Positions 51,089-63,650 of a stretch of 64,000 bases of DNA are shown here, in pieces (within the stretch, counting starts at the first letter, position 1; each line of letters begins with the position of its first letter). The translations under genes were made by a program, and so were the position numbers. The notes under the pieces were generated by a model. That model was not told where the DNA came from and ran no database searches. It saw nothing but the letters and a program-made list of their open reading frames with translations. This DNA is from Cenococcum geophilum (taxonomy: Eukaryota): NCBI GenBank assembly GCA_050273025.1, contig CP158635.1, positions 32,736,001 through 32,800,000 of the forward strand. The letters are read 5' to 3'.

Positions 51089-51561
51089 CACTAGGCCTAG
51101 TTAGGAAATCAGCACACGGCCGGCGGATCATCGGGAACACCGCCGATCGACGATTTGGAGCCTCCGCGAGAGGCTCCTCAGTCGATCGCCCGACGCCCGA
51201 GCGATCGTAGAGCTCCATGACAGACACAGGCGGTAGACAGGAGAGATTGATTTGGATTATTTAGATTATATATAATTAAATTAATTTTGTATTTTTTAAC
51301 TAGCTGCAAATACTAGAGTGTTAATATACCTTATTTTTAAATCTAGAATTTTTATTGTTGTCCTGATGGTCCTAATGGTCCTGATGGGCCTAGAGGTCCT
51401 AGAGGTCCTAGAGGTCCTAGTGGTCCTAGTGGTCCGGGCGACCTCCTAATAGGTTCCTAACAGGATGCCGAGTGTAAGTGTCTCCTAGAGCTCCTGACAG
51501 CCCTAATAGGAGCTATTAGGAGCTATTAGTACTGTTAGGAGGCACAAATATTTTGCTAATG
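49793..51561. mobile_element. Unclassified non-autonomous TIR element with CATTAG...CTAATG ends and TA TSD
   Basis: Interrupts the family C integrase (GHTY|KNIF) with a TA duplication. Ends tattagta / tgctaatg. 9-bp cctaatagg/cctagaggt subterminal repeats at both ends. Interior has a poly-C run, a 20-bp tandem repeat (gacgaccgtcgccagaacca), a ~300-bp duplication and (AGGC)n. Confidence 0.8.
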
Positions 51562-53634
51562 TAAGAACATTTTTATAATAATATACCGACTTATAAAAGA
51601 GCGCCACTATATCCTAACCAAAGGCGTAGCTATTAGCGATATTACTAACGCCTTTTTTTACGAAGTTTACTAACTATATAGGTTACCTAACTTAATTACG
51701 TCCGACTAAGGTATATAATTTAACTCTAATATATAGAGACGAATCTACTAACGCCTTAGTATCTCCGTTAAAATATCTATATTCTTTTATTATAAAACTA
51801 CTAGATAATTGGAAAACGCTAATATTAGTATAAAAGCATATCTATAATAGGTAGTCGCCTATAGTTAAAATAACTAGGTAGATTACCTCCTACTAGGTAA
51901 ATTTATAGTAAATAACTACGTCTTAACCACTATAGGACTTACCCCATTCTTCGCGAATAAGGGTTATTACCCCTAATTTAGCATAGAGCCACTAGAACCT
52001 ATTAATAAGAAACTACTATATAGAAAACGCCTTAAGATGCTACTTACTAACTAGTATGCAAATCATATAAAAAATCTACTCGACTACTGTAAGGGAGAAA
52101 TGGCCTAGGCTTAAGTAAAGTAGGCCTACTTTACTAACCGCTATAGAACGCCACCACCGAAAATGCGTGTTGGCGACTAGGTATAGCTAAATGCATATAA
52201 TATCTCTACGTAGAGGTCTATAAAGTTACTTAATTATAAGAACCTTAGCCCCTATTTAATTAAACGAGTTATTAATAGAGGAGCCGTATATAAGCTAGAA
52301 CTCCTACTTACCCTAACTACTCGCGGGATATAGCTACTATACCTCTATTAGCCTAACCCCTTACTAGGGCAGATATAGCCTAAACCCCTATTAGTACTAA
52401 TCTAAGATAAGAACAAAGATAAGAACTATAAGGAGTGGACCATTAAACGAATTATTAACTCTAAATACTTTAGTAAAGGTAAAGGACAACGGTTCTACTA
52501 TAGAGCTATATATATAGGATTTAATATAATTAGCTAGAATAGCAACTATAGAAAGACTTTAAAAATGCAAAGGATCTAATTAGCGACTTTTACTACGCGA
52601 ACCTATAGAAACTGGGCCTAAGTAGAGATTTTATACCTAATCCTCTATAAAAGCCCTTATAGAGTTAAACCGTTATATATTACTACGTAAGGGCAAATTA
52701 CTATTAGATTGCGGTAAAGTGCGATTATATAACCGGAATATCGTTAAGATGTCTAGGAACTTTAACCAGCGGTTAAAGTTATCTAATTAGTTGGATTTTT
52801 AGATGCCAAGCCTTATTATATAACGTTGTTTTAAACCTTTAGCAATACCCCCCTTTCTTCTTTTTTATACCTTAATTATCTCTTTTATATATATATAGTA
52901 ACCACAGCGTCGCTAGAGCTCCGCCTCTATAGGAGGGGGGGTAGTATTACGGAACCCTACCGCAGGGGCTTCTATAGGAGAGCCCCGTGCTCTTATATAC
53001 ACCTCGCGTATAGCTTATATTAGCTACGCGTAGGTATATCACCTCCTTACGCCCTTAACCCTTGCGATTGATTGCGTAACGTCTTATAAACTCCTCGAAT
53101 ATATACGCTCTATAGCCACTGCCCCCGTTCCGTAACAAAACCCTCGCCTAACGTATAGTATTAATATTATTATAGTCCGCGAAGGTTATAAACCCCCTAT
53201 TACTTACAGACGGAACTAACCCTATATTTAATAATTAGAAGCTTTAATTATAGGACAAGTTTAAAGTTAATACGGACTATTTCCCTACTACTTAGGCTAA
53301 AATAGCCTATGTCTTTAGCCGTACTAATAGGGATATATAGACGCACCTACGTCTATAATATATATAGGACTTAATAAATCCCTTCCTCTTTAAAGAAAAA
53401 ATAATTATCTACCTATCTTCTATCTATAAGGACCCCTTTAAAGTATAAAACGCCCGACTTAATTATAAAAGCCTAAATATAAAAACGACAGAGACCTTTT
53501 TAGCCTTTTAGACCCGCTTTCTATACCTAGCTAGCTAGGCTTAAATTCCCTAAAAAGATCTAATACTAGGCCTATTTAATAAGCTTACCTTAGACCTATA
53601 GCAAGCTGTATTACTAGTTTTTACTACTATATAG

Positions 53635-54440
53635 TATAATAAAGCCTTATAGGAAATACTACAGTAGACTTATTAATGGGCTAAGTATATAGGTAAAACT
53701 AAGTTAACAACGTAATAATAACTAGTAGAGTAGTGGTCTAATAGATTAACTCTAATTATATTTTAAGATTTATTATAAAGAAGAGAACTATCTAAGTAGG
53801 GACTGCGGTCCTTTAAATATATAATACTGCGCCTAAGAAATGTACTAAGTATATTAGTATATTCGTATATCGGTACGTCCCACGTTTCTACGTTCTTATA
53901 TTCCTACGTTCTAAACTTATAACGTAACTAACTATATAACTTAACTACCCCTTATCTAATAGTTTAACTAGTTCTAATACCTCCTATACTTCCACTACTA
54001 GTCCGTTTATATCTCTCTTTAGTAGTAGTACTACTACTAATATAAGGTCTATAATACTATCCCCCTCCTTTTTATCTTTATCCTTAAAAATATCTTCTAT
54101 CTCTAAGTTATCTATTAGAGGTATAGCATTCCCGTCTTTATTTTAGTGACTTTTATTATTTCTAATACTTTTTATTAAATACTTTATATCTAATCGTTAT
54201 AACTAGCTAGTAACTATTATTCTTTTACTTAGTAAAGTTATATTATTCTATTCCTATTATATAGAGAAGAAGTTAATATATATTACAATTACGGCTTTAC
54301 TTAGTTACTAACCTTTTTTATACGCTAGGTATACGTAAATGAAGATATAATTATCTTATAATATTTAATCTATCTCTAATACTAAATATACGCGCCTTAT
54401 AATTCTTTATAACTATTTAGTTCCTTATTTAATCTATCTT
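53635..54440 (-). mobile_element. 3' LTR and 3' UTR of Gypsy family B (related to family A), truncated
   Basis: LTR 53635-54056 shares the aagttaacaacgtaataataact...gattaactctaattatatt block with the family A LTR. PPT ctatccccctcc follows. 54060-54440 parallels 10871-11260. Confidence 0.8.
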
Positions 54441-54704
54441 TATTAGGAAATTGTTTTTAGGCGCGTTATTACAAACGAAAATCGGGGTCTACAAAACCTG
54501 CGTAAGTCGCAATTTTGGCAATTTGCGGCGATTTGTAGCAATTTGCTATAAACATATAGGCTACCTATATACGCGCCTGCCCTATCTATATGTTTGTAGT
54601 AAATTGCTGCAAATCACCGCAAATTACTAAAATTGCGACTTACGCAGGTTTTGCAGACCCTGATTTTCGCTTGCAATAACGTACCTAAAAAAAATTTCCT
54701 AATA
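54441..54704. repeat. Long hairpin / foldback MITE (119-bp arms, 26-bp loop) with (C/T)ATTAGG termini
   Basis: 54441-54559 is the reverse complement of 54586-54704, with mostly transition mismatches. Confidence 0.88.
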
Positions 54705-54719
54705 TAGAGGCTCTGCATG

Positions 54720-57700
54720 TGTCAGATAACTCATATAGAGCTATTCATTGATAAAATGGGTTGATTGATTGATAATCTTGATCGTCTCTTAACCTAGGGC
54801 CCCTGGGCTTAGATAAAGATATTTACAAAGCACGGGCCCCGTGCACGTAACTTATGCACGTCCTACGCTACAGAGAATACAGATTATCTAACACACCCCC
54901 TTAGCTTTAAGCTCTTTAAGGTTAAAGCTAACCACCTTCTCGTGTCCGTTAATGCGTTAATTAAACCATAATCTCATCTAAATCCTTTCATCTCGCTCTA
55001 ATATTCTCCCTTAGGTCCTCCAGTTGCTTCTCCTTATTTAGCCGCTCCTTAATATCCACTATCCCGATTATATTAACGAAGCTTTAAAACCTCTACTTAG
55101 GCAGGGCCTTCGTAAGTCTATTAGCGATTATTTCCTTTATCGCTATCTATTAAAATTATACTCATCTCTTTGCGTATTCCTAACGTAGCTAATATTAATA
55201 GATGTTAATGTGTCGGAGCTTCGTAATTAGCTTTGCCGTATTTTCTATAATTAGTTAGAGCGTCTAGATATTGTCGCAGTTAATAATTAAGGGCTCATTT
55301 AGTTATAACGTTATTACTTTAAACAGCCTACTAATAAAGATAGCTTCCTTTACTATCTATAATAGGGCTAACAGCTCAGCTTCTATGCTTAACGTTATAA
55401 CCGTACCCTGCTTATTTGCTCTCCAGGTAATTAGCCCCCTAAATAGCTTTATAATATATCCTTATAAGCTCTTTCTATTAATAGAGTTGTCTGTAAATAA
55501 TACGTTGCTAGCATAAATAAATAATTACGCTTTACTTCTACCGTCTCCGTCATCTTATCCTTAGTTATATATTCCTTTATCTCTCCCTCTACCGTTTATT
55601 CCTTCCTTATCTCCTCTATAGTAGATTACTCTGCTCCTTGTGCTATATAGGTACTAGATAACTCTATCTACCGCTTAATAATACTCTTAGCTTAGGTCCT
55701 AATTAAACCTTACTAGCTATAATACTACTAGTACAAAGGCAATATCTGGACGCGTTATAGTGGCTATATAGAGTATTAAACCCAGTTTTCTCTAATATAG
55801 CATTGTAGAAGCTAGTAGGGATAAAGGACGGACTAATAGGTCTGTATTAGGGGACGGACGCGTCAGACAGATTATACGGTGATTAATAGAGAGGAGTTCC
55901 GATTCTGCTATAGGAGTGTCTAAAAGACGCCCTCTAAAATCTATCTTATACTAGTTAGCTATCTTCTTAATATAGGCTTCCTAGGATAGCTATAGGAGCC
56001 TCTAGCTATAATTATATAGCACGTAGATTCCTAGGAACTATTTTAGCTCACTAAGGGTACTTATCTAGTATTCCTTGCTTAGCTCCTTAATTGCTTCTTA
56101 AGCTTTCTTCTTATCTATCTTTCGGTAGCAGAAGATAATATCATTAATATAGAAGAAGACAACTATTTTACCTTTTAGTATAACACATGGCTTCTAGGGT
56201 ACTTCTTTAAAACCTAATTCGTTTAATAAGCTCGTGAGATTCTTCTGCTATAACAGTAGTGATCGTCATAGTCTATATAGGGCTTTTCTTAAGCGTAGTA
56301 CTTTGTCTTTCTTTCCTTTATTAAACCCTGGTGGTAGCTTTATATAAACGACCTTATTAAGATTATAATAGATAAACGCATTAACTATATTTATCTATGT
56401 CGTCTCCAGGTTAAATTTTATAGTAATCGCCATAAGGGTTTGGAAGGTTATACTAGCTAATATAGTAGCTCTCGTAGGTAGGTCTCCTAGGGCCTATTAA
56501 TTTCCGCAGACTACTAAGCGTGCCTTGCATTTCTGGAGAAATCTATACTTATCCGTCTTATAGATAAACACTTATATTAAGCTAAGGACCTACTATCCCT
56601 TTACGTGCTTCTTATCTATTTCTTAAAACAACCTTATTTAATAATAAGATTAGAGATGGGCTTGTTAAGCCTCTTGGAACTAATCTTAAAGAGGATACGT
56701 ATTAAGGTCCTAGATTAACTAGGGTAGTAAAGGTAAGTTCTTCCTATATAATCTAATATCGCGTATTCTGCCTAATTTCAGCTTGCTATTATTAAGTCGA
56801 CTATTAAGGTTAAACTTCCTTCTTGCTAAGAAGGCGCCTTAATAGGCTAACGTGATCCTTTTTATAATAAAGTCTTTAAACCTATTATCGCTAGCTTCCT
56901 TAAACGAGTCTTTAATTAAGTTGTTGGATACCCCCTAAGTATTAAACACATCTCCTACTTAATAAGCGACGTCTTCATTAGTACCTTATATATCTAACTT
57001 TATAGGATACTTAACGTAAAAGGTACATGGAGATTCTTTATCTTCTTCTGTTAGAGGTAGTATATAGTACGTATCTTTAAGAGCTCTTACAAGCTTAAGA
57101 TCTGCTAACTTATTAAAGGCTTAAACTAGCTCATCGACGTTATCGTCTTCCTCTTAAATTGACTGTTTAAATACTTCTTTATTATCTTCTAGAAGGACCT
57201 CGTTCTTAGTCTAGGTATTAGGTAGTTAAATCTTCTTAATTAGTATATCTAATTCAGCGTATAGGTCCTCTGAGATATCCGTTCGCTTACCGTCAAAAAA
57301 CATCTTTTTATTAAAGATAATATCCCTTATAGAGATAACGATACCCTTATATAGGATCTAGATCCTATAGATATTAGTAGAGTTATAGCTAACAAGATAG
57401 CTAATATGGGCTTATAGATCTAGCTTGCTTAGCCTTTTCTTCCTTAGCTAGGCGTCCGATATTATTGCGTACGCCCTACAGCCATAGGCTTTTAGGTACG
57501 CCAGTTACGGCTTTCTTAATCTCCTATTAGCTAGGAAGGTATAGAACCTCTTATATAGCGATATCCAACCGTTACTTTCCCGTGGCGTTTAATCTCGAAG
57601 GTAGACTATATAGTCGACTATCTCGTTCTATAGGTCGTGTGGTAAATTAGTAGTAATTCTTATTACTCGTGCTCTCTTAATAATTACACCCCCTAAGCGT

Positions 57701-60331
57701 TCGGCGGTACCATTTTAAGCTTAGGTATATAGTGCTAAAGGCTTAAATATAATCCCTTAAGTCTATAGCTATTTAAGGGTTCTCCTTTTCCCTAGCTCGT
57801 TGTCTAATCTAATAGTATTAACTTTAAGGTTATACCTTAGACAAATCCACTATACGAAATCTTTAAGCACCCGTAGTATCTCCTTCTCCTTACTATACGT
57901 TATTATAAAGTACGGGAAGGATCTTCCTAAGTAGGTATTATAGATAAGCATAACTTGTATAAATCCGGCATACGCTTTTTTAAGGTTAGTCCAGTTAATA
58001 TAGAGGTTAAGATAGGGTTTATTAATTTTCTATTTTAAGACCCTTCTTAAGACCTAACGCTTAATTTTGGCGAGACTATAATATTAACATTCCGTCGTCT
58101 TTAGGCCTTAAAGCTTAACTTTTAAGGCGTTAAGACCTAAATAATAAAGGCTTATAGGCCCTGGATGACCTAGACGCAGATGCTATAGACGTATATCTCC
58201 TTTTAAATCTAGATAAGCGTCTCTTAATAATGCTCTGCGCTTCCGTTAGCGTAGCAGTCGGCTTATATTAAACGCTAATAGACTTCCTAGTCAGACGTAT
58301 TTAATAGTCTATTATCTATAACGTTCTTTTATTTAATATAGGACTGAGTTATCCTTTTAAACTAGAAGATTGTTCTCTCCTTTATTGTCCTAGTAGTACC
58401 CTCATTTTTAAAATAGACGGAACGATACTAAATTTGTATTAAAGTCCGTATAAAAGGCAACGTCCTTAAGACGTAGGATTCCCTTGCTCTTATCTAGTTT
58501 TATAACTTAGATAGTAACGTTACTATAGCCTAGTATAGGTACTTCTAAGCTGCCGGCGATAACGTATTTAAGTCTTAGAGCTTTCCTAAAGTTATAAAAA
58601 CAAGAGAGGTTATTAAAGATATAGAGAGTGGTTCCTAAGTTAAGAATAGTTAATAGCTTTAGTAGATGGATTTAACCTATATAATATAATTCTAGGAATA
58701 TCGCATTAGCTTCTCCCTTAATCTTAACTTCCTAACTTTTATCCTTTTATTGTTAAGCCTTATCTTCTTATTCTTTAAGTCTAATCTTTATAACTTAGTT
58801 AGCGAGATCCTTATTCTTTTCTACCTTTTTTAGCACCCTTTTAATGCGAGCATCTCCGATTATAACTCCTTTAGGTCTCTTGTCTTTAAATAAATACTAA
58901 CAGTCTTATAGGGAATGTCCTTGTTTCTTACACGCTAAGTATACGGGTAGTAGCTTCTTATAGGACGTCTCCTTATTTACTAGTAACCCGGCTCTCTTTA
59001 AGCGTCTAGTATATACTAAGGTTCCTTTCCCTAGACCTTTAGTAGTATTAGAGTAATTTATTATAGCTTGCTCTACAAAGTCTATATTAAAGGTACTCCC
59101 TTTTATAGTAGTATTGGCTTTCTTTAATAGTATTCTAAGTCCTTCTTGCAGCTCCTTTGCTACTCTATAATATTTAGAAGATCTCGACTTCTAAGGATTA
59201 TTTAACTCGGTAGTATACTTTATACAGTAGGCGTCGCTAAAAGGTTAAATAACTTCTGCCAAATCTTAAAGCTAGATTCTATCTAACATTTAAGGGATCT
59301 TATACTTCTCTCCTAGTACTATTATATATTCCCATTAATCTAACCACTAATTTAATTTTAACAAGTATTTAAACCCCTTAAGAGCTTTCTATATACTAGT
59401 GTTGTATCTTCTTCCTAATAAATAACGAGGTAGGTTCTATATTCTCCTTTAGTTAAGATAGCCATTCTTTAACTATTAAGGAAGGGTTAAGCAGTAGCTT
59501 CTTCTAAATTAATACTATGGACGTAATTTAGGTACGGATCTGTTAAAGGTGCTCTTCTTATTTTAGGAAATACTTTATATCCTAGTCGTAGTATCGTTTA
59601 CTATTCTCATACGCCCTCTGTTAATTCGTTAAGAGCTATGCATATAAGGTTGCATTCTCGTTGAAATCTATAACTTCTAGATAGGGTAGTTCTTATAGTA
59701 GACCTCATTAAGGTACTGCATTGTCTGGGTCAACGTGGGCCTAAATTCGTTTATCCGCGAGGGCTTATAGTTGCCAGATCCATTACTCCTAGTCTTCTAT
59801 CTTATTAAGTATAATCGTATTCGACGAACTCGACGTCAGTGGAGTCATTTAACTAATAGGCAGATGGGAATTAAGATGGAATTCGTCGTCAGGATCGTCC
59901 TTGTCGTCAGGATCGTCCTCGTCGCAGGATCGTCCTTGTCACAGGATCGTCCTTTAACGATTAAGGTGGAATCTCGTGGAATCTCGTGGAATCTCGTGGA
60001 ATCTCGTGGAATCTCGTCCTTTGACAATTGAGGTAGGATTTCGATCAGGGTCGTCTTGTGACGATGAGGTGTCAGAGTCTGACGATGAGGTAGAATTTCT
60101 TCAAATAATTAAGTAATAGCTAAATAGCTTCTTATATCGGCGGACCGGGCTTATAACTGTCACGAAGTTCATATAGGGCAGTTCATTGATGAAATGGGTT
60201 AATTAATTAATAATCTTGATTATCTCTTAACCTAGGGCCCCTGGGCTTAAATAAAGATATTTACAAAGCACGGGCCCCATACACGTGACTTATACACGTC
60301 CTACGCCATAGAGAATACAGATTATCTAACA
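54720..60331 (-). mobile_element. Ty1/Copia LTR retrotransposon, complete, RIP-inactivated
   Basis: 174-bp LTRs at 54720-54893 and 60158-60331, TSD gcatg/gcacg. Minus-strand PBS gttataagccc (GGTTATGAGCCC type) and PPT at ~54894-54905. GAG-pre-integrase (W)(H)LRLGHPG (~58160-58190), KCKARLVVCG (~56505-56535), FFYVDDII (~56135-56160). Confidence 0.93.
59885..60020. repeat. Tandem repeats in the Copia 5' UTR (aggatcgtccttgtcgtc-like x4; ggaatctcgt x5)
   Basis: Directly visible. Confidence 0.85.
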
Positions 60332-60610
60332 GCACGAGGCTCTATATAAAGCTCTATATATAAAGGCTTATATAAGGCTCTGTATAAAGCTCTATATAAA
60401 GCTCTATATATAGAGGCTCTATATAAGGCTCTATGTAAAGCTCTATATAAGGCTTTATACAAAGCTCTATATAAAGCTCTACGCGAAGCTCTATATAAGG
60501 CTTTATATAAAGCTCTATATAAGGCTCTACGCAAAGCTCTACATAAGGCTTTACGCGAAACTCTATACATAGAGGCTTTACACAAAGCTCTATATAAAGC
60601 CTTTGTATAT
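60332..60610. repeat. 12-bp minisatellite (aggctctgcacg consensus, RIPed to aagctctatata)
   Basis: About 23 units. The array begins at 54707 and was split by the Copia insertion. Confidence 0.88.
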
Positions 60611-61905
60611 ACGCGCAATATACTACTATTAGGTCCCCGCTATATTTCTAATAGCCTCTATATATACCTCTGCTAAGTATACCCCCTATATATACCTAGG
60701 TAGCCACTTTATTTTTTACCCTTCCTTATATCCTCCCTACTTAGGAAGACACTAAAATAATAGCTAGCAGACAATCGTTGCCGGAGCTAGACGACCGTCA
60801 TTAGAGCTAGACAACCGTCGCCGAAGCTAAATAACTATCGCCAGAGCTAGACGACCGTCAGAGCCAGACGACCGTCGTTATCGCCACATAACCGTCGCTA
60901 GAGCCACACAATAACCGTTTAAACGACCAGCCAGCGAACACAATAAATAATTTAATTAATTGATCGAATTAAGGTAATATAGACAGGTAGGCATAGATAG
61001 GTAGGTATAGATAGGTAGGTATAGACGGGTAGGTATAGACGAACGGATAAATAGATAGGTAGGTAGGTAAGTAGGTAAGTATAGACAAACGGATAAATAG
61101 ATAGGTAGGTAGGTAAGCAGGTAGGTATAAATAAACGGATAGATAGATAGGTAGGTAAGTAGGTAGGTAGGTAGGCAGGTAGGTAGGTAGGTAGATAGGT
61201 AGGTAGGTAGGTAAGTAGGTAGGTAGGTAGGTAGATAATTTAGAGCCTCTGTAAAAGGCTTCCCCCTTAATACCTAAAGTAGATAGCTCTATATTTTATA
61301 AAGTTATAATATAAATATATTTAAAAGTATATTATAGAAATCTATAGGAATATATAATAATTTGGTTATTATATAATATAATTATTTAGTTATTATATAA
61401 TATAATTATAATTTATATAACGTAGGTAATAGGGTTATAACGGCGATAGGGTTATAACGGTGGACCTACTGCCTTCCTAATGTAGATGGAACACTAAAAT
61501 ACTGCCAAATGCCTTAGGAGTAGCCGTTGGGTCGTGCACGATATAATGGCGTGCACGACCCAACGGCTACTCCTAAGGCATTTGGCAGTATTTTGGTGTT
61601 CCATCTACATTAGGAAGGCGGTAGGTCCACCGTCATAACCCTATCGCCGTTATAACCCTATCACCTACGTTAGTTACAATTTATATAGTTTTTACAATTT
61701 GTATAGTTTTTATAATTTATATAGTTTGCGCGCTATTTATTTATAAGGTAGCGTTTTGCCGCAATTTGCTATTAGGTGCTGCGATTTTATTATAAAATAT
61801 GCGTTTTATATAAATTGCTATCGACTATATACATCTGCCACGATTGTATAGTTTGCGGCAATTTGCCGTAAACCGTAACAACGACCCCAAAAAAATACCC
61901 TAATG
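60611..61905. mobile_element. Interior and right end of a CATTAG-family element related to 49793-51561
   Basis: 60611-60970 aligns with 50185-50500. (TAGG/AGGC)n tract at 60980-61235. Ends aaaaaataccctaatg followed by ta at 61906-61907. Confidence 0.7.
61420..61670. mobile_element. Near-perfect palindromic MITE (121-bp arms, 9-bp loop), Tc1/mariner (pogo/Fot1-like) ends
   Basis: ta|acgtaggt...acctacgt|ta, arms 61420-61540 and 61550-61670, loop atataatgg. ACGT termini with TA TSD. Confidence 0.88.
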
Positions 61906-63650
61906 TAGCTATCTTTAATTTCCGTATTATATACTAAAAAGGCGTAAGTAACCTAGTAGACGCCCTATTATAGTAACTAGATTATAAGGAAATAGACTAA
62001 ACTATCCCCCTTATTAATAGAGAACTAAATGCGATTCTTTAAAGTTTTTAATTATAGCTTAATACGAGCCGATTTAACAAAGTAGGCGGCCAGCTATTAA
62101 TAGGAGTAATTATAGGCCGATTGGGTTATACTAGTATAGGTAGTGCGTAACACTAAGCGCTATAGACTAAACTGGCTAGGATAGTAGCAGAAGAGTCCGA
62201 AATGGTATATACCCTAAAAGACTTACTCCTAAAAGAGGTAAAGGAAGCCTTATCTACTAATTTAATAGCCTAAAAGATTTAGGCGCAATTAAATAAAGTA
62301 AAGAAGAAGGAGAGTTAATAGGGTAGCTGGAGTTAGAGTAATTATACTATCCCAATCTAGCTAAAAGATTAAAAGGATAATAATGGTATACTCTGCTACT
62401 AAGGAAGGCTATATATCCTAAGTAGGAGACTATAGCTTAAGGTAATGCAGCGTTACTATAATGGTAAACTAATAGGATATTTTAGTATAACAAAAATGTT
62501 AGAACTAGTCTAATATTAGTATTACTAGCCGGAAGTAAGATAATATATTAAAGATTAGATCTAAGGCTGCTATACCTACAGCTAAATTAAGCCGTTAAAA
62601 TACTAACTATATAGGGTACTATACCCCCTACTAGTTCTAAGAGGCCCCTAGAAAGATATTATACTTAATTTTGTTATAAAACTACCTCTAAGCAAGTATA
62701 TAGGTGTCCAGTATAACGCAGTTCTAGTAATAGTAGACTAATTTATAAAAATGGCCTACTATATCCCTATAAAAGGGGACTTAAAGGCCTAAGGTCTAGC
62801 GAACCTACTTATAAAAGAGGTAATTAGACTATATAGAGTCCTACAGTTTATTATATTAGACTAAGGACTAATTCTAACCTCTAAATTTTGGTTTTTACTA
62901 TGCTTTTATCTAGAAATTAAGTAAAACTTATTTATTGCGTTTTACCCTTAAACAGATAAGTAGATAAAAAGGTAAAATTAAACTATAGAGCAGTACCTTA
63001 GGGCATTCTATAACCTTAAATAGATAAACTAGGCTAGTCTCCTTACTATAGCAGAGTTTACTTATAACGACTCAATCTATACCTCTATAGGAATAACCCT
63101 ATTTTAGGCAAATAAGGCTAAAACGCTATTTAGAGGCAAGGGTCTAAGAGAAGCTTATAGAGGTAGTATATTAAAGTATGCTAAAGAATTAGCTAATAAA
63201 TTAAAGACAATTTATAATAATTTAAGGCAATCTTTAGTTAAGGCTTAAGAATTTTAAGTAAAATACTATAATATAGGTTATAAACCTATAGAATTTAAGA
63301 AAGGAGACTATATATAGCTGGCGGGTAAGTATATATAGATAAGTAGACCTAGGAAAAAGCTAGATTATAAGAACTTTAGACCCTTTAAGGTTATAAAGGT
63401 AATTAATACGCAGGTATATTAGCTTAAATTGCTAAAAAATTAGAAAATTTATAATATATTCTATATATCCCTTTTAGAAAAATATATACCAGATATAGTT
63501 AGCGGAAGATAATAGTTTATACCTTATTTTATAGATATACCCAAATTGGAACAATAGCATATTAAGGCCATTCTAGGCAAAATAGAAGATAAAAATAAAA
63601 ATATAAAGTACTAAGTATATTAGAAAGGATATAGTTTAGAAGACAATATA
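61906..63650 (+). mobile_element. Ty3/Gypsy family G pol fragment (end of RNase H, integrase, chromodomain)
   Basis: Back-translated FDFRIxHxKGxSNPADALS (~61915-61970), GHFGxxK...YYWP zinc-binding region (~62475-62535), AFHPQTDxQ (~62937-62965), KKLDxKxFGPF (~63355-63385), chromodomain start (~63555). Confidence 0.85.

Larger units (their letters stand above)
37093..53137 (+). mobile_element. Ty3/Gypsy family C, complete with TSD, carrying two nested insertions
   Basis: 193-bp LTRs at 37093-37285 and 52945-53137, TSD aaacc on both sides, PPT aggaggggggg at ~52931. Protease IDCGAT (~39162), RT YLDDIL (~40364), RNase H, integrase and chromodomain (~52430-52560) remnants. Confidence 0.93.
35848..53634 (+). 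mobile_element. Ty3/Gypsy family D (5' LTR and gag only), hosting the TRIM-like element and family C, truncated at 53635 by family B
   Basis: LTR-like start tattacggcg at 35848. gag remnant on both sides of the family C insertion; after 53143 it back-translates to SAKVADPPLLTDGTDPTFDNWKLQLQDK...KMAYVFSRT, a retrotransposon gag pattern. Confidence 0.65.

Noticed and set aside
50169..51227. Short ORFs including PACL repeats
   Set aside because: Derived from (AGGC)n and 20-bp tandem repeats inside a non-autonomous element.
55271..60031. Short ORFs within the Copia element
   Set aside because: Antisense or tandem-repeat-derived frames in RIPed sequence.
60322..60618. 98-aa RALY-repeat ORF
   Set aside because: Translation of a 12-bp minisatellite.
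60980..61235. Telomere-like repeat
   Set aside because: The unit is TAGG/CAGG (RIPed AGGC microsatellite), not TTAGGG, and it is internal to a repeat element.
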